The notes: generated by a model from the sequence alone, not told the origin. Positions 44,909-58,726 are shown, counted from the first letter of the stretch. The stretch is DNA of 64,000 bases from Octopus vulgaris (GCA_951406725.2 OX597825.1:85064001-85128000), one strand, 5' to 3'. Made by a program: numbers and translations.

Positions 44909-45459
44909 TTCTGTTATTTTATTGAAAATGTTTAGCGTTAATGGAGAATGTGGTTAAACAGTTAACAAAACTGTAGACAATGTACCGAATTATGATTAGG
45001 GATTTCAATATTTGCAAAAGCTGTTAAACCAAACTGTTTGTAACGAAATAACAATTATTCAGTGAATGAAAGATAGATGTAGTTAAACAAAAGAAAAAAG
45101 ATTAAGCCGTATGGTTTCTAGTGGTTATTTGTCAACAAATTTGAAGAAGAATTTTAGGCAAGATATTGGAACTGATAATGGCAAGCTTAGATTGTGAAAG
45201 AATAAAAAGCTGACAATGTAGTTCTCCTAATTGACAATGCATTTCTAAGTGGAATGTAAGAAATCTGCCTAAATACAGTTGAAGATCTCATTAGCGATGA
45301 GCTGCATGACGTAACTCCTTCAGATATCTTTGTAACATATTCTATTCCAACTGCTATGAACGGAATGTCTAAGCGTATATACTGCTGTAGAAACGCGAAA
45401 AGAAATTAAAGCATTTTCTTATAATCATCATCGTGATTATCTTATAATCATCATCATGA

Positions 45460-45955
45460 AGAAGAGAGCAGTGCATGCTGGGCTACACTGGGCTACAAAT
45501 GTACGAAGCCCAGTATACTCATCACGACTACCCATCTGATAAGGGTACACCAGGTACATTCATCACAAACATATGTGCGCGACACGATGACCTCATAGGA
45601 AGACAAACAGTGCATGACTTTGCAGGTGGAGCCCAGTTAGAATTTTTTTCAGATCGAGTAGCCCACCCTGCTCAAAAGGTCCCTAAATAAAGGTTGTTTA
45701 AGTATGTTGAACAAAACACTTATGTTTCCAAACTTGAATTATCCAAACCCCAAAGACTTCCTCTCAACGCATGGCTATGATGTTCCCCCACTACCTCTGC
45801 TCGTGATCTGAGATGCACATATCGGCAGCCACTAAGGGACATGCTCAGTTGGTTAGGGTCAAACAACTGACAAGCAAATCTGTGATATTGAGCAGAATAT
45901 TTGCTGTCGGCCATCTTTTATACCAAGACAAAACAATTTGAACGATAACACTTCT
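45460..45955. mobile_element. Unclassified interspersed repeat; diverged second copy at 43735-43885
   Basis: catggctatgatgttccccca...gatgcacatat...caactgacaagcaaatctgtg shared between the loci. Confidence 0.7.
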
Positions 45956-45987
45956 ATCATTTACACTGTGCGCGGTGCATCTATCTG

Positions 45988-46059
<72 letters not shown>

Positions 46060-46350
46060 CGAGACTAGAAAAACACCCAACAACTGATGAAGGGTCATTC
46101 TTTCTGTTGTTTGTCTTGTTTTCCATTTCTGTTTTTCGTTGTTCGAAAAAATAGTTCATATTCTATGTACACATACTTCGTATTTTTTGTTGTACCCGGT
46201 TGTGACGTCCTGTGCACACATGTGCATATATATATACGTATAGATGTAAGTATGTACATATCCGTATGTATACATGCATATATCTATATTATTTATATTA
46301 CTATATGGTTGAACGGCACGCATCCTATTCCAAGTAAGTTTTATCGACGC

Positions 46351-46387
<37 letters not shown>

Positions 46388-46394
46388 CATATAT

Positions 46395-46707
46395 ACGACG
46401 GGCTTCTTTCAGTTTCCGTCTACCAAATCCAATCACAAGGCTTTGGTCGGCCGTAGGATATAGCAGAGGACATTTGCCGAAGGTATGGCGCGCAGTGAGA
46501 ATGAGCCCGGAACCATGCGGTTGGTAAGCCGTTTATTACACAGTCACCTTTACTACGGGCTTCTTGCTGTTTCCGTCTACCAAATCCACTCACAAAGTTT
46601 TGGTAGGCCCGAGGCTATAGTAGAAGATACTTGCCGAACATTCGATGTAGCGGGACTGAACTCGGAGCCACGTGGCCGGGAAGGAAGCAAGTTACCATAC
46701 AGCCACT
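46395..46707 (-). mobile_element. Two tandem SINE D 5' halves (46395-46547 and 46555-46707)
   Basis: Repeated acgggcttct...gtttccgtctaccaaatcca. Confidence 0.85.
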
Positions 46708-47851
46708 TCAATGTGGGTCTGTTGTAGAAGACATTTGCCAACGTGTTGTACTAAGCTAATGTCCTTACCTCGCACCCAACTCTCTAACTCAGATTTATAG
46801 AAAACCTCTCTATAAATCACAAAGATTTTCATTTAGTCGGAAACTATCGTGTTATATTTATATCCGTAATCCTATTTCTATAGAATCTATTCTTTTATAA
46901 ATTTTCTGGAGATATTATCAGATCTACAGATTTGTCGACAGATCCATTATTGACCAGAAATTGATTGTATTAGAGATCAATTGATTTGCATAGTCTCATC
47001 AACAGATTACTTGATGAGATGCTGATATTGTGAATCAGAATCTATTATATTGATACAGACAGTAATTTGTTGATCAGTTTGTTTGGCTGATGTTGTTTTC
47101 CCCGCCACCTTTTGTTTGTTGATGTGGCGAGATATTTTCGGAGAAGAGGATTAGAGACAGCTATTTTGTTTCCAATCAAACATAACAGACGTTTTTGGTA
47201 GCTAAACAAATTTATTGTGCATCATGATGATATAACGATGACGGGTCAATGTCTGGGAAAGGCAGGGACGTTGTGAGGGGGCAGACTGACAGTAAACAGA
47301 CATATATACATATACATCTATTATATAATACATAGATTGTTAGCTTACTAGCTTACATATGTATATATATGAGTGTGTGTGTGTGTTTGCGAGCATACAG
47401 ATACATATATGTATGTGTGTATGTATTTATGTATGTACGTACGTGTGTATGTATGTACGTATGTATGTATGTATTATGTACGTATATATGTATGTATGTA
47501 TGTATGTATGTACGTATGTATGTATTATGTACGTATATATGTATGTATGTCTGTATGTATGTATGTACGTATGTATGTCTGTATGTATGTATGTATATAT
47601 GTATGTATGTATGTTTGTATGTATGTATGTATGTATCTATACATGTATGTATAACGTTGTAACTGTTTTGTATGCGCGGCATGGGACTTCATAGTATGAT
47701 GTCATAGAGCAAAATTTATTAAAATGCAAGTTGATCTCATTGAAACCCATGTAAATAGGCGCACACATACAAACACAGAACGCACACATATAGATATGCG
47801 CAAAGAGCTGAACTAACACACACACACACACATGCATACATGCACACTTAC

Positions 47852-48004
47852 AGTATTTCGTCTGAGTTCAAATTCTGCCGAGGTTGACTTTGCCTTTCAT
47901 CCATTCGGAGTGAATAAACTAAGTACCAGTTAGGTACTGAGGTCGATCTAATCGACTGGCTCTTCCCCCAAAACTTCAGGCCTTGTACCTAGAGTAGAAA
48001 AGGG
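47852..48004 (+). mobile_element. SINE A copy
   Basis: gagttcaaattctgccgaggttgactttgcctttcatcc...ggccttgtacctagagtagaaaag. Confidence 0.85.
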
Positions 48005-49064
48005 TTTTAAGCGAATGTATATGTGAATATGCGAGAATTTGTGTTTGCGTATCTGTATGTGCACGCGCTTGGGCTTTGCCTTGGTCCTAACCTCCTTCAT
48101 AATCATGGAAAATATTCCACCTCCAATTTCTAAGAAAACGTTCAGGCGGGTTTCAATGGGATGTCAACACAGATTTCTAGAGACTGTCGCCGATCAAAGA
48201 ATTGTATTAAAGTGGTAGAATATTAGAATTATCAAACAAGTGCTTTGAACTATTTGTTCCAGCTTTTAAACTTTCAGGATTCAAATCCTTCGGACGTCAA
48301 CAGGGCTTTACACGTTCAACTGTAAATTAACAGACCCCTTTCAGCCTTGTGTCTCAATTGCAAACTATAATTTACATAATTACAAAAGTGTTATCTTTAT
48401 AAATGCAATCAAATGGTTTCTAACTTGAACTGAGAAGAGTTCGCATCCCGGAATTGCAAAAAGCGAAAAACACATATTCCGCCGCGAACTTTAAGGGCGA
48501 TGATGTTTATCATTACAAATGGCCTGTGGTTGCCCAGATGACTACTTCCCATACAGGAGATAGAGAAGGGAGTTAGGCGATTGTGCATCAGGCATTTTCT
48601 TTTTACTTTGGCCAGCAGTGAAGCCGATCAATGTGATCCAGCCCTAAACAAATAAAACAAGAACTTCATTCTAGAAGTGAAATTTAGACGACTAAATATT
48701 ATGATACTGTAAATATTATGATACTGTTTTTCACCCTCGAAAGACACTTCTTATCATATTATACAGAATCTGTGCTTCGTAAACAGCAACTGGGTTTCAA
48801 TTGTGAATATATAATTTATTCCTGCAGTAATTTACTACGATATTGCTATTGAAATATAAGCAAAGATTTTATTCTCCTAATACGAAATCACTTACTGCGA
48901 AAACGGTCCCTCTCAATAGGTAGCCATTAGAATATTATTAAATTTCAATAGTAACAAATACTAGCTTTCATCTACCAAACAATACAACTGATCATATTTT
49001 TAATATGCAATACAGAACGAATCGAAGACTAGGAGCGTCCCTATACAAATAAAATATATATATG

Positions 49065-49119
<55 letters not shown>

Positions 49120-49300
49120 TGTATGTATGTATATATGCATATGTATATGTATATATTGTTATATATATATATATGTATATACATGTATGTATATGTTTAT
49201 ATGTCTGTACGTTTATATTTATGTATATATATATATATAGATAGATAGATAGATAGATAGATATACTTATATACATATACACACGTATGTACAGAGATAT

Positions 49301-49339
<39 letters not shown>

Positions 49340-49914
49340 CACACATATGCATACAAATATGTGTGTATGCGTGTATGTATGTATGTATTTATACATGTAT
49401 GTGTGTATGTATGTATGTATTTATACATGTATGTGTGTATGTATGTATGTATGCATGTATGCATGTATGTATGTTTGTGTGTATGTATGTACACAAGCAA
49501 ATACAGAGCGTACGTAATGGCTATGCATATTAGCAATATGCCAGCACATAAACTGTTCGCCTTTGGCTAGATGCAGTCTTCAGTTCCTGAAATCACGCTA
49601 TGCCATCATGAAAGTTCACCGTATTAAAGATATTCTCACAATGGAATCTTCTAAAATGATATCGCCTTTTGTCAAAGAAAACCAGTTTTTCACATGTCCG
49701 ACCACGGTTTTATTCTAGTTTCCTTTCATCAAAAGCAATTGCCAGCTCACCAGCGATCATCTATTCTCTCTCAATAAACATAAAATGCTAAGTGTGTGTG
49801 TGTATGTGTATGTATGTGTGTGTGTGTGTGATTGAGTGTGTTAACAGGGCAACAATAGAAAAACACACAAATACATACATGCGTCAGGATATATATATAC
49901 ATAAACATTCAATA

Positions 49915-49982
<68 letters not shown>

Positions 49983-50169
49983 TTGTGTGCGTTTATACAC
50001 ATAGATATAAGTATGTATATGTTTCTAGGCTTCAATAAATATGTGGACGTTATACGTTCGTATATCCTAATTTACATCTATGCACATGTGGGTATATGGG
50101 TCTCTATTCTAGTTAAGTATAAAATCTTATGCATAATTATGAGCATAACTATAGATACACACACACATG

Positions 50170-50203
<34 letters not shown>

Positions 50204-50215
50204 TATATACATATG

Positions 50216-50252
<37 letters not shown>

Positions 50253-50600
50253 GTATGTATATGTATATATATATGCCTTACCCCACCAAGTTTAGATATA
50301 TGGAGAGGTACATGTGATATATTCACATACTTCACATATATATAACAGCCGAATAACAAGGTGTTTTTCTCCAACGCTACGTTATGGGGTTAACGTTTTG
50401 AATTCCAAGATTATCGACCATGGTAAACGTGACTACAGCACAATCATCAAGGAACCATTAGAAAGACAAATGTTGGCAGCAATTCTATCGTCGGATCTGC
50501 TTTGCCATTCTTTCACATTGATCTACTTTGCTTGATAGAATGGTATGCTGCTACTGATATCGTTTCATGTCTAAACTTGCATTTCCGTTCTTATTTAAAC

Positions 50601-50921
50601 CTGAGGTTCTCAAACTTTCTGGGCCACCGCCCCTGCCCCATGGCCACATAATAAACACCGTCCCCCCACTACTATTCTTATGCATAAGTCAAAGTTTTAT
50701 ACTTTACTCACTTACATATACTATTAATTATTTGATCTTTAATATATTAGGTAATTTGTACCCACTACTATGAAAATATTATAAATTCTTAAGCGTCCCC
50801 CCAATCCACTGCTTTTCTACCAGTTCCTCCTTTTTCTCTATCTCCCCCTTATGCACCAGCATCCGCCTGAACCCTCTCGATATCCACCGGGGAGCGGTAG
50901 CCCCCACTTTGAAAACCTGTG
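50601..50921. mobile_element. hAT (Charlie-like) MITE
   Basis: Termini ctgaggttctcaaac and ctttgaaaacctgtg (compare CAGGGGTTCTCAAAC); flanks atttaaac (50593-50600) and atttaagc (50922-50929) form an 8-bp TSD matching at 7/8. Confidence 0.75.
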
Positions 50922-51044
50922 ATTTAAGCAGTGCAAAATATATAGGTGTTTAATAGCTGTTTTTCTGAGGCACATACCAGTATGTGCCCAGAAACACATA
51001 AGCCATATCGATACATATACCTTCAAAAAGGGACTCATATACGC

Positions 51045-51094
<50 letters not shown>

Positions 51095-51200
51095 ATGTGT
51101 GTGTGTACATATGTGTATATATATATGTATATGTATATATGTATATATGTATGTATGTATGTATGTATGTGTGTGTATCTGTATATATATATATATATAT

Positions 51201-51658
51201 AGGAAATCCGTTGGAAAAACAAAAACAGAACAGAGGCGGAGCAAAAACAAATCGAACTATGCTCCTAAGAGCCCATGGCGAAACCATGGGCTCTTAGGAG
51301 CATAGTTCGATTTGTTTTTGCTCCGCCTCTGTTCTGTTTTTGTTTTTCCAACGGATTTCCTATTTTCTTCCTGAAGAGAAAGACACAATATGGTCCCATT
51401 ATTCCATCGGATTTTGGTAATTTGTGCCTTTCGAAACACGTGTAGAATGAAATAAAACGATTTCTGTTCAATCTGCGTTCAGCTCCATTTCTTCAATTCA
51501 CCAATAATGTTCTAATTTCAATTATCCGCACCAACGCACGGTTGCAACACCATATGGTTGTACCTCCAACCGTGCTGTTTTACTGCTGTGATTTTTGCTA
51601 CTAAGGTATCGGTTAAACTTTTGATTAATCTACTACAAGATTATTCATCTTTCTATTT

Positions 51659-51660
<2 letters not shown>
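51201..51660 (+). mobile_element. Fold-back element in (TA)n: perfect 78-bp arms (51201-51278 and 51284-51361), loop CGAAA, HHR, ~200-bp tail
   Basis: No mismatch seen between the arms; (TA)n on both sides. Confidence 0.92.
51363..51452 (+). ncRNA. Type I hammerhead ribozyme with intact core
   Basis: ttttcttc-CTGAAGA(51371-77)-gaaagacacaa...ttgtgcctttc-GAAA-c-acgt-g-TA-gaatgaaa; predicted cleavage after 51444. Confidence 0.8.
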
Positions 51661-51717
<57 letters not shown>

Positions 51718-51859
51718 GAAATTTAATCATGTATCCATGATTAAATGTAATTTTCTACCATATGTCTGTTGATGAGACTTGCCTCTCTGTCTATCTACTT
51801 ACCCTCTTTGCAATGTCGATAAATGGAATAAGTATAAAAATGAATCATTTCAATTTAAC

Positions 51860-52104
51860 TAAAATATTCCATATGCAGCTAATGATTGCTCTACATTTTA
51901 ATACTGATGTAATACTTGCATTGTTTAATTAAATGAAGTCGCATGAAACGATCGTACTACACTACCTTTGGATATCCTTGTTGCTTATTTTGATTATAAT
52001 CACCGCATTCTGGTTTATATGGATAATACCATACCAAATTCTGGTGCCTTTAACTGGAGTACCATATTCAACTGAATCTAAATTTTTACTGAACTTATAA
52101 TACC

Positions 52105-52105
<1 letters not shown>
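51860..52105 (+). mobile_element. Family H2 direct copy, degenerate HHR core
   Basis: gcagctaatga...catgaaacgatcgtactac...ggatatccttgttgcttat...aaattctggtgcctttaact; ends at (TA)n. Confidence 0.85.
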
Positions 52106-52136
<31 letters not shown>

Positions 52137-52157
52137 GTATGTATGTACGTATGTATA

Positions 52158-52194
<37 letters not shown>

Positions 52195-52215
52195 GTATAT
52201 ATATATGTATGTATG

Positions 52216-52269
<54 letters not shown>

Positions 52270-52923
52270 CATACATACATATATATATATATACATATTG
52301 AGAGCATACTCGTACAGACATTTCTTTAAACAACTGTGTTTCTAGCTTTATATCGCAGTCACAAAATCACATGCAGTAAAAGACACACGTGACAAGAACC
52401 GCATCACCCCACCCTGTAACATACACAAATAATAGTACACAAACACATTAATGTTAGTATCTGTGTTATGCAGTGTTTAAGTAAATTTGTTTTCGCATGG
52501 ATATGAAATATGTGAACATCGGTGTGAATGTAACCGGAGGGTATTCGTTTTATCGATGGTATCGATCGATGTAAATATATGCATGTGTACACATTGTCAA
52601 TAAGCAATCGGCTTTGTCACTAGCAATAATGACACATTTTCACCGTGCATACGTATATGTATGCATACAAACGAGTATATATGTATACATACACACACAT
52701 ATATGTATATATACAGAAAAGGAAAGATAAATGACTTATTCGGTAATGCACTTAAAGTCAAGTGATACGTTTCTGTGTGTGCTTCTCTATGTAATACGTT
52801 TGTATGCATGTTCACTCACACATTCGTACATACTTATATGCATATATGAATATATACACACTTGCCTACATACATAAATGCATACATACATACGTATATA
52901 CATATATATAAACATATATATTC

Positions 52924-52956
<33 letters not shown>

Positions 52957-53246
52957 ACCGTGATCACCGTGACCGACCAATCTATCAGATGTTGCTACAC
53001 ATCGCTAGTCACAATGCGCTCCGCATTGTTTTAGCCTTCAAATGACGCCACCCCGCTGGTTAAGCGAGCAAGCCAACAGAAGAAAGAGTGAGAGAAAGTT
53101 TTGGCGAAAGCGAACAGCAGGGGTCGCCACCACCCTCTGCCGGAGCCTCGTGGAGTTTTAGGTGTTTTCGCTCAGTAAACACTCACAACACCCGATCCTA
53201 CGCCGGCGAGTCCGCTGCCCTAACCACTGGGCCATTGCGCCTCCAC
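52957..53246 (-). mobile_element. SINE B copy
   Basis: Closely similar to 8371-8684 with an internal deletion. Confidence 0.9.
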
Positions 53247-53313
53247 ATACATACATACATACATACATACATACATACATACATACATACATGCATACAT
53301 AATACATAAATAC

Positions 53314-53365
<52 letters not shown>

Positions 53366-54292
53366 GTTTGTATTTATGTATATATGTATGTATGTATGTA
53401 TGTGTGTATTTATCTATGTATTTATGCATGTATGTATGTATGTATGTATGTATGTATGGTTCATGGATATATGCATGTATATATTAATTCAAATCGTTAT
53501 ATGGAAAAGATGTTGTGTTGGGGTGTTTTCCCTGTTCTTTTCATAATTCTGTTTGAGTCGCTTCTGTATCGTTTAGCAACACTAACATTCGTTGGTCCAT
53601 TTGCATAATCCACGCGGGATCCTCCATTGTTTGTCTCCCTGTCTTGTATTCTATTGCCTGGCATCAGGGAAATCGTGTTGTTTTAAGATAGGTTTCAGTA
53701 AATTCCACGTTGCTTTCTTGTTTATCTTAACAAGTGTAAAAACAGAAATAGTATTACGACAACTTCTTGTGTGAAGGAAAAAATAACAATTCCTGTGAAA
53801 CATTTCGTACTTTTAAGTCTCTTAAGGTTTCTTTTCAATGGGAAAACCGAAAGATGAACAAATATCTCGTGCTGTGTCAATATGTATTAATGCTTTAATG
53901 CTGACATCTATTTGGCAGACCATCCTCGTACAAAAAGTACTTCGAAGTATTTCTCCAAAGTCTTCCAATTTCTTAGCGCCTATCGATGTTCTCATGAAGT
54001 AATATAGTGTCTCACCAAAATATGACATTGCAGTGTGTAATTTAGAATGAAAACGATAATGTGGCAGACGATCGAATGCTTAAATATCACAGATTTTAAA
54101 GACCTTTGAAACTAAGAGTTACACAGATGGTTGCTTTGGCACACACCTAATTTTGAACGTAAATATATATTTGTATTTATATTTTAGGGTCATTATATTT
54201 CATCTTTTCTGTGTCAAATTAATAATAAATTGGATAATAATAAATAATAAATAACAATCAATTCTCGTATATTCCATCATCCGCCTTTCATT

Positions 54293-54328
<36 letters not shown>

Positions 54329-54559
54329 CATTTAGTACACTATCGTATGAAGGAAATATAGAATGGTAAATGCATAAGTAGCTATATAAACTAGTCAGTA
54401 TAATGAGGGCGTGTTTGGCAAGAGAGGTTAGGGGTTAAATAAACATCCGCACACAGATAAGTACGTGATGAAAAAGAGCAAATTCTGATATAGTTTCACC
54501 TCATGGCTCACCACTAAACGTTGGTCGGTAGATCACCAGGGTTAGAGGGAAGGGTTTTA

Positions 54560-55322
54560 AGATGATAATAAAGTGGTTGTAAAAGATGAGCTTTTTTTTT
54601 TGTTCTGATGTATTTCAGAATTTCCTTCACATTTTTCGATTTTTTGGTTCAATTTCCACCGATCGACCTTTTTCAGGTTTCAAATAATGTCGATATCCTT
54701 CTCCTCTAGCCTTGCCTTTATTCTGTCGTAGATTGCCTTTTGCCCATCTGTCATGTCACCATTAGTTTTAATGTCTTCTTCCAAATGGGAAACATTTAGA
54801 TAGATGTCTCTCATCGAGCAAGCTATCACTGTTCCTTTCCTTTGGTTTATTAGAGATTTCACCTCTGTTTTCTGTTATAAGATTACTCCTATCAGCAGAA
54901 ACTGTATCTTCATCGTTTCCTCTGCTGTTGTTTTCCAATACCCGTGTTTTGATAGATTCGAACTCTAATTCTGTGAACCAGCGATATTTTCCTTATTACT
55001 CTAGCTTCATCACATAATCTCTGTTCCGTGAGTTGAAACAATCCTCTTTCTCTCCATTGATCATATATATACGTTGCCGGTATCCCCTACTGAGAATACC
55101 ATATTCGTCTACAGTGTTGCCCAGGGAATAACACTTCATGACTACAGCATTGGCTTGTTTGCTCCATCTACGCTGTGTGTGTTGGTCCCTTGCTGCATAA
55201 CGACAGGCAGGAGTATCTCTGAGCTTGCTGGGTGCAACACTGTCACCTTCAAGGGCTTCAGTTTCATTGCCACCATTATTCACAATATTTTGTTCTTTTA
55301 TTGTCACTCATATGAGGTAGCG
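54560..55322 (-). mobile_element. Decayed R4/Dong-like element, N-terminal ORF region
   Basis: RRWSKQANAVVMKCY...RGYRQRI, then WREKGLFQLTEQRLCDEARVI and WFTELEFESIK across frameshifts; begins right after (TAA)n. Confidence 0.7.
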
Positions 55323-55384
<62 letters not shown>

Positions 55385-55388
<4 letters not shown>

Positions 55389-55655
55389 TAGTTTTATTTT
55401 TATAGTGTGCTTTCACTTCACTACGGAGCGCAGCTCTGTGTGCCATGGTAATAATGTGCTGTGATTTGTTGTGATGCTCTGATGGTTATTGTATGGAAAG
55501 TGTTCTGCGTAGGATGTGTGCAGTGCCTAGTAGTGCAATTTTCTGTATGGTATATGTGTTTGTAAGTCTGGTGTTTTTGTTATGTATTTGTCTGAATATT
55601 TTTTATCATGCCTAATGCGCCTACTATGATAGGAATTGTTTCTGTTTTTAGATTC

Positions 55656-55657
<2 letters not shown>
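55385..55657 (-). mobile_element. 5'-truncated Dong/R4-like element 3' end embedded in (TAA)n
   Basis: WNLKTETIPIIVGALGMIK, then IQKIALLGTAHILRRTLS; (TAA)n on both sides (55323-55384 and 55658-55735). Confidence 0.85.
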
Positions 55658-55727
<70 letters not shown>

Positions 55728-56164
55728 CATTATTATTCATACACACATGCACACACAGATGTAATATGCATACATAGACACGGCCTCCTAGTGTGCTAAG
55801 CGCTTCCTCAAACCAACAGATGTTATGCAAGATTGTTATAAATTGGATATACTCATTTGCATATCTTTCCAAGCGAGGGATTGTTATTAATTAAGCTATA
55901 TATAATTCAATCACAACACAGTGTGAATGAGAATCAATTAAGTAAATTTGAATATTAGAAAATCGTTCCGCATCGTGCCCCACATTCTAATAAGTCTACA
56001 TCTTTGACGAGTAACCTACTAAACATATATGTACACACACACAGTTATATATATATATATATATATATATACACGCTCGTACACCCAAATATATACACAC
56101 ACAGATAGATGGAGAGAGAGAGATTAATAGACTAGTTAATAGACTATATATTATTCATATAAAT

Positions 56165-56552
56165 ACGGTGTACATTTAAACACATAAGAGGTAACCATCA
56201 TAGGATATCTGGCACGCTAGAAGGAATAGCCAAAATCCAAACTATTATTAGGAATAAATTTCGAAGGGAACCACCGCGGAAGCGGTGGATTTCAGGAGTT
56301 GTTATATATAAGCACGGGAGCGTGCTGGATTGCCTCATATTTATATGTTTAATCTTGGCGTACATGTTCATGAAGGCGCCGCCTATCAAATAATTTTATT
56401 CGCTAATATAGAGCCAGAAACTATAGTCCACAAGATGGATGGTAAATGTTTTTCACTTTCATTCCCTTCAAAATGTATCCCTAATAGCGGTTTGAATTCA
56501 GGCTAGCCTTTTAGCGTGCCAGGTTACCTCTTATGTGTTTAGATATACACTG

Positions 56553-56553
<1 letters not shown>
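56165..56553. mobile_element. Element with ~90-105-bp imperfect terminal inverted repeats (56165-56270 and 56462-56553)
   Basis: aaacacataagaggtaacc..ctggcacgcta pairs with tagcgtgccaggttacctcttatgtgttt; internal hairpin ccaccgc-ggaa-gcggtgg. Confidence 0.75.
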
Positions 56554-56593
<40 letters not shown>

Positions 56594-56596
<3 letters not shown>

Positions 56597-56801
56597 AGAG
56601 TTCACGAAAAAAAAACAAAATACGAAGACAGGTGGTGTACAAAACAAACAGATGTATTAGTATAACGCTCAGGAATAGAAAAAGTCTTCTACGTTTCGAG
56701 CCTACGCTCTTCTACAGAAAGGGACACAGAGAAAAACAAGGAGAGAAATAAGGAGAGAAAAAATGTATGTAGTGGCTAACGATCTATCATGGCGAAAGTG
56801 C

Positions 56802-56803
<2 letters not shown>
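56594..56803 (-). mobile_element. Family H1 copy 5, between (TA)n tracts
   Basis: Reverse complement gtcccttt-CTGTAGA-a-gagc-gtag-gctc-GAAA-cg-ta-gaagac. Confidence 0.88.
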
Positions 56804-56851
<48 letters not shown>

Positions 56852-57016
56852 GAGTGTATTTTACCTTGTTAACAATTAACACGGATAAATGAATGAATAG
56901 TTACCAAGGCAGCAAAAATCTCACAAGTAAAGATGTTGTAACTCCTTGTTACATATGTAGAAACATATGTAGAAAGTAAAAATACTTGTTTAAACCTGCG
57001 TTAACTCCATTTTTTA

Positions 57017-57085
<69 letters not shown>

Positions 57086-57428
57086 TATCTGTTGATTAAC
57101 AAAATGTAAACGAGTACTAACTCCATATGTTGCGGGTTTGATAATTGCTAAGAGTTTTATCGGCATAAAACCAATGTTAGCCTTGTTATTCCAATAATAA
57201 AGAATATTCACTCATCTTTGCGGTGTTGACCACTCAGTTTCATTGTTAAAATATATATATATATAAAATATGTGTCTGTGAATATATATGTGCGTGTGTG
57301 TGCGCGCGCGTGTATATATATATGCGTGAGAGCGCACGCGTGAGTATGTGTGTGTGCGCGCACGTGAGTAAGGAATATATATATACATATGTATGTGTGT
57401 GTATAGCTTATATACTGTATGTATGTAA

Positions 57429-57465
<37 letters not shown>

Positions 57466-57961
57466 CATCCCTATATATGTGAGTGTGTGTTTACTTGTGC
57501 GTGTGAACGTGTACGTGCTTCTGTGTATGGGTGTGTATGTAAGCGTCTGTATGTATGTACAACGTAATACAGAGTTATACAAAGTATTAGACAATGATCT
57601 TAGTTAAAGCTGTCTGTATTCTCTAAGAAAGCTTTTAAAACGAAAAAAGCAAAAAATTAACAAATAGGAAATAGGTTAAATACAGAAGAGAAATATCTGA
57701 ATACGATATAACAGTAGAATGGAACTGAAAGATGAAAAAAGAAAAATACTTATTTAAGAAATTTATAATTGAATAGGAGAATGATTAAAAAAATTATGAA
57801 CACAAAACTTTTCTTTTTCATGAAATTTTAAGAATTATATAAGAAAATTTAAATTAAAATTCACATTCGCATAGTACTCTGTTTTATATTGATATATATT
57901 TCTATTATTGTCATGTGTGTGTTAGGGGATATATGTCTGCATGTGAGTGACTGTGTGTATG

Positions 57962-58022
<61 letters not shown>

Positions 58023-58150
58023 GCATATATATAAACATATACATATACGTATGTATATAAATGTGGAGACATGTGTACACAAACACATACACTCCGATAC
58101 ACACACATACATATATATATATATAGATAGATATGCGTGTGGGTGTTCAT

Positions 58151-58192
<42 letters not shown>

Positions 58193-58198
58193 ATATAC

Positions 58199-58229
<31 letters not shown>

Positions 58230-58661
58230 TGTATATACATATATATATATACGCTTACATACACACACATATACATATCTGAGTTTTTGAACAAGTGTGT
58301 ATGTGCTCGTCTAAGTCAGAGAGAGAGAAAAAATGAAAATGAAGGAAAGAAGGAAGGAAGGAAGAAAGGAAGAAAGAAAGTCTAACAGCTGTTAGAGATC
58401 CATGATAATATTGGTAGATGTAGTTCATCTCAATATACTGTCATAGAATTACATCATCAAACATTATTATGAGTCTGTAAGCCTCAGAAACAGCTGTTGG
58501 GCTTATAACACATTTCTTCCCCGCCTTTCATTTTCTCTGTCGTTTATAACCTGGATATGGTGGATCTATCATTATAAATATATCAACATATTTGTACTTA
58601 AATATTTCATCGTCTGAAAGATTCCATCTTTTGCTTTCTCTAGTTTTTCACGTGCACATAT

Positions 58662-58726
<65 letters not shown>

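Noticed and set aside
46084-46160. CTGATGA motif as an HHR (also isolated cores near 4008, 6988, 29283 and 41931)
   Set aside because: No convincing stem II, GAAA and stem III arrangement
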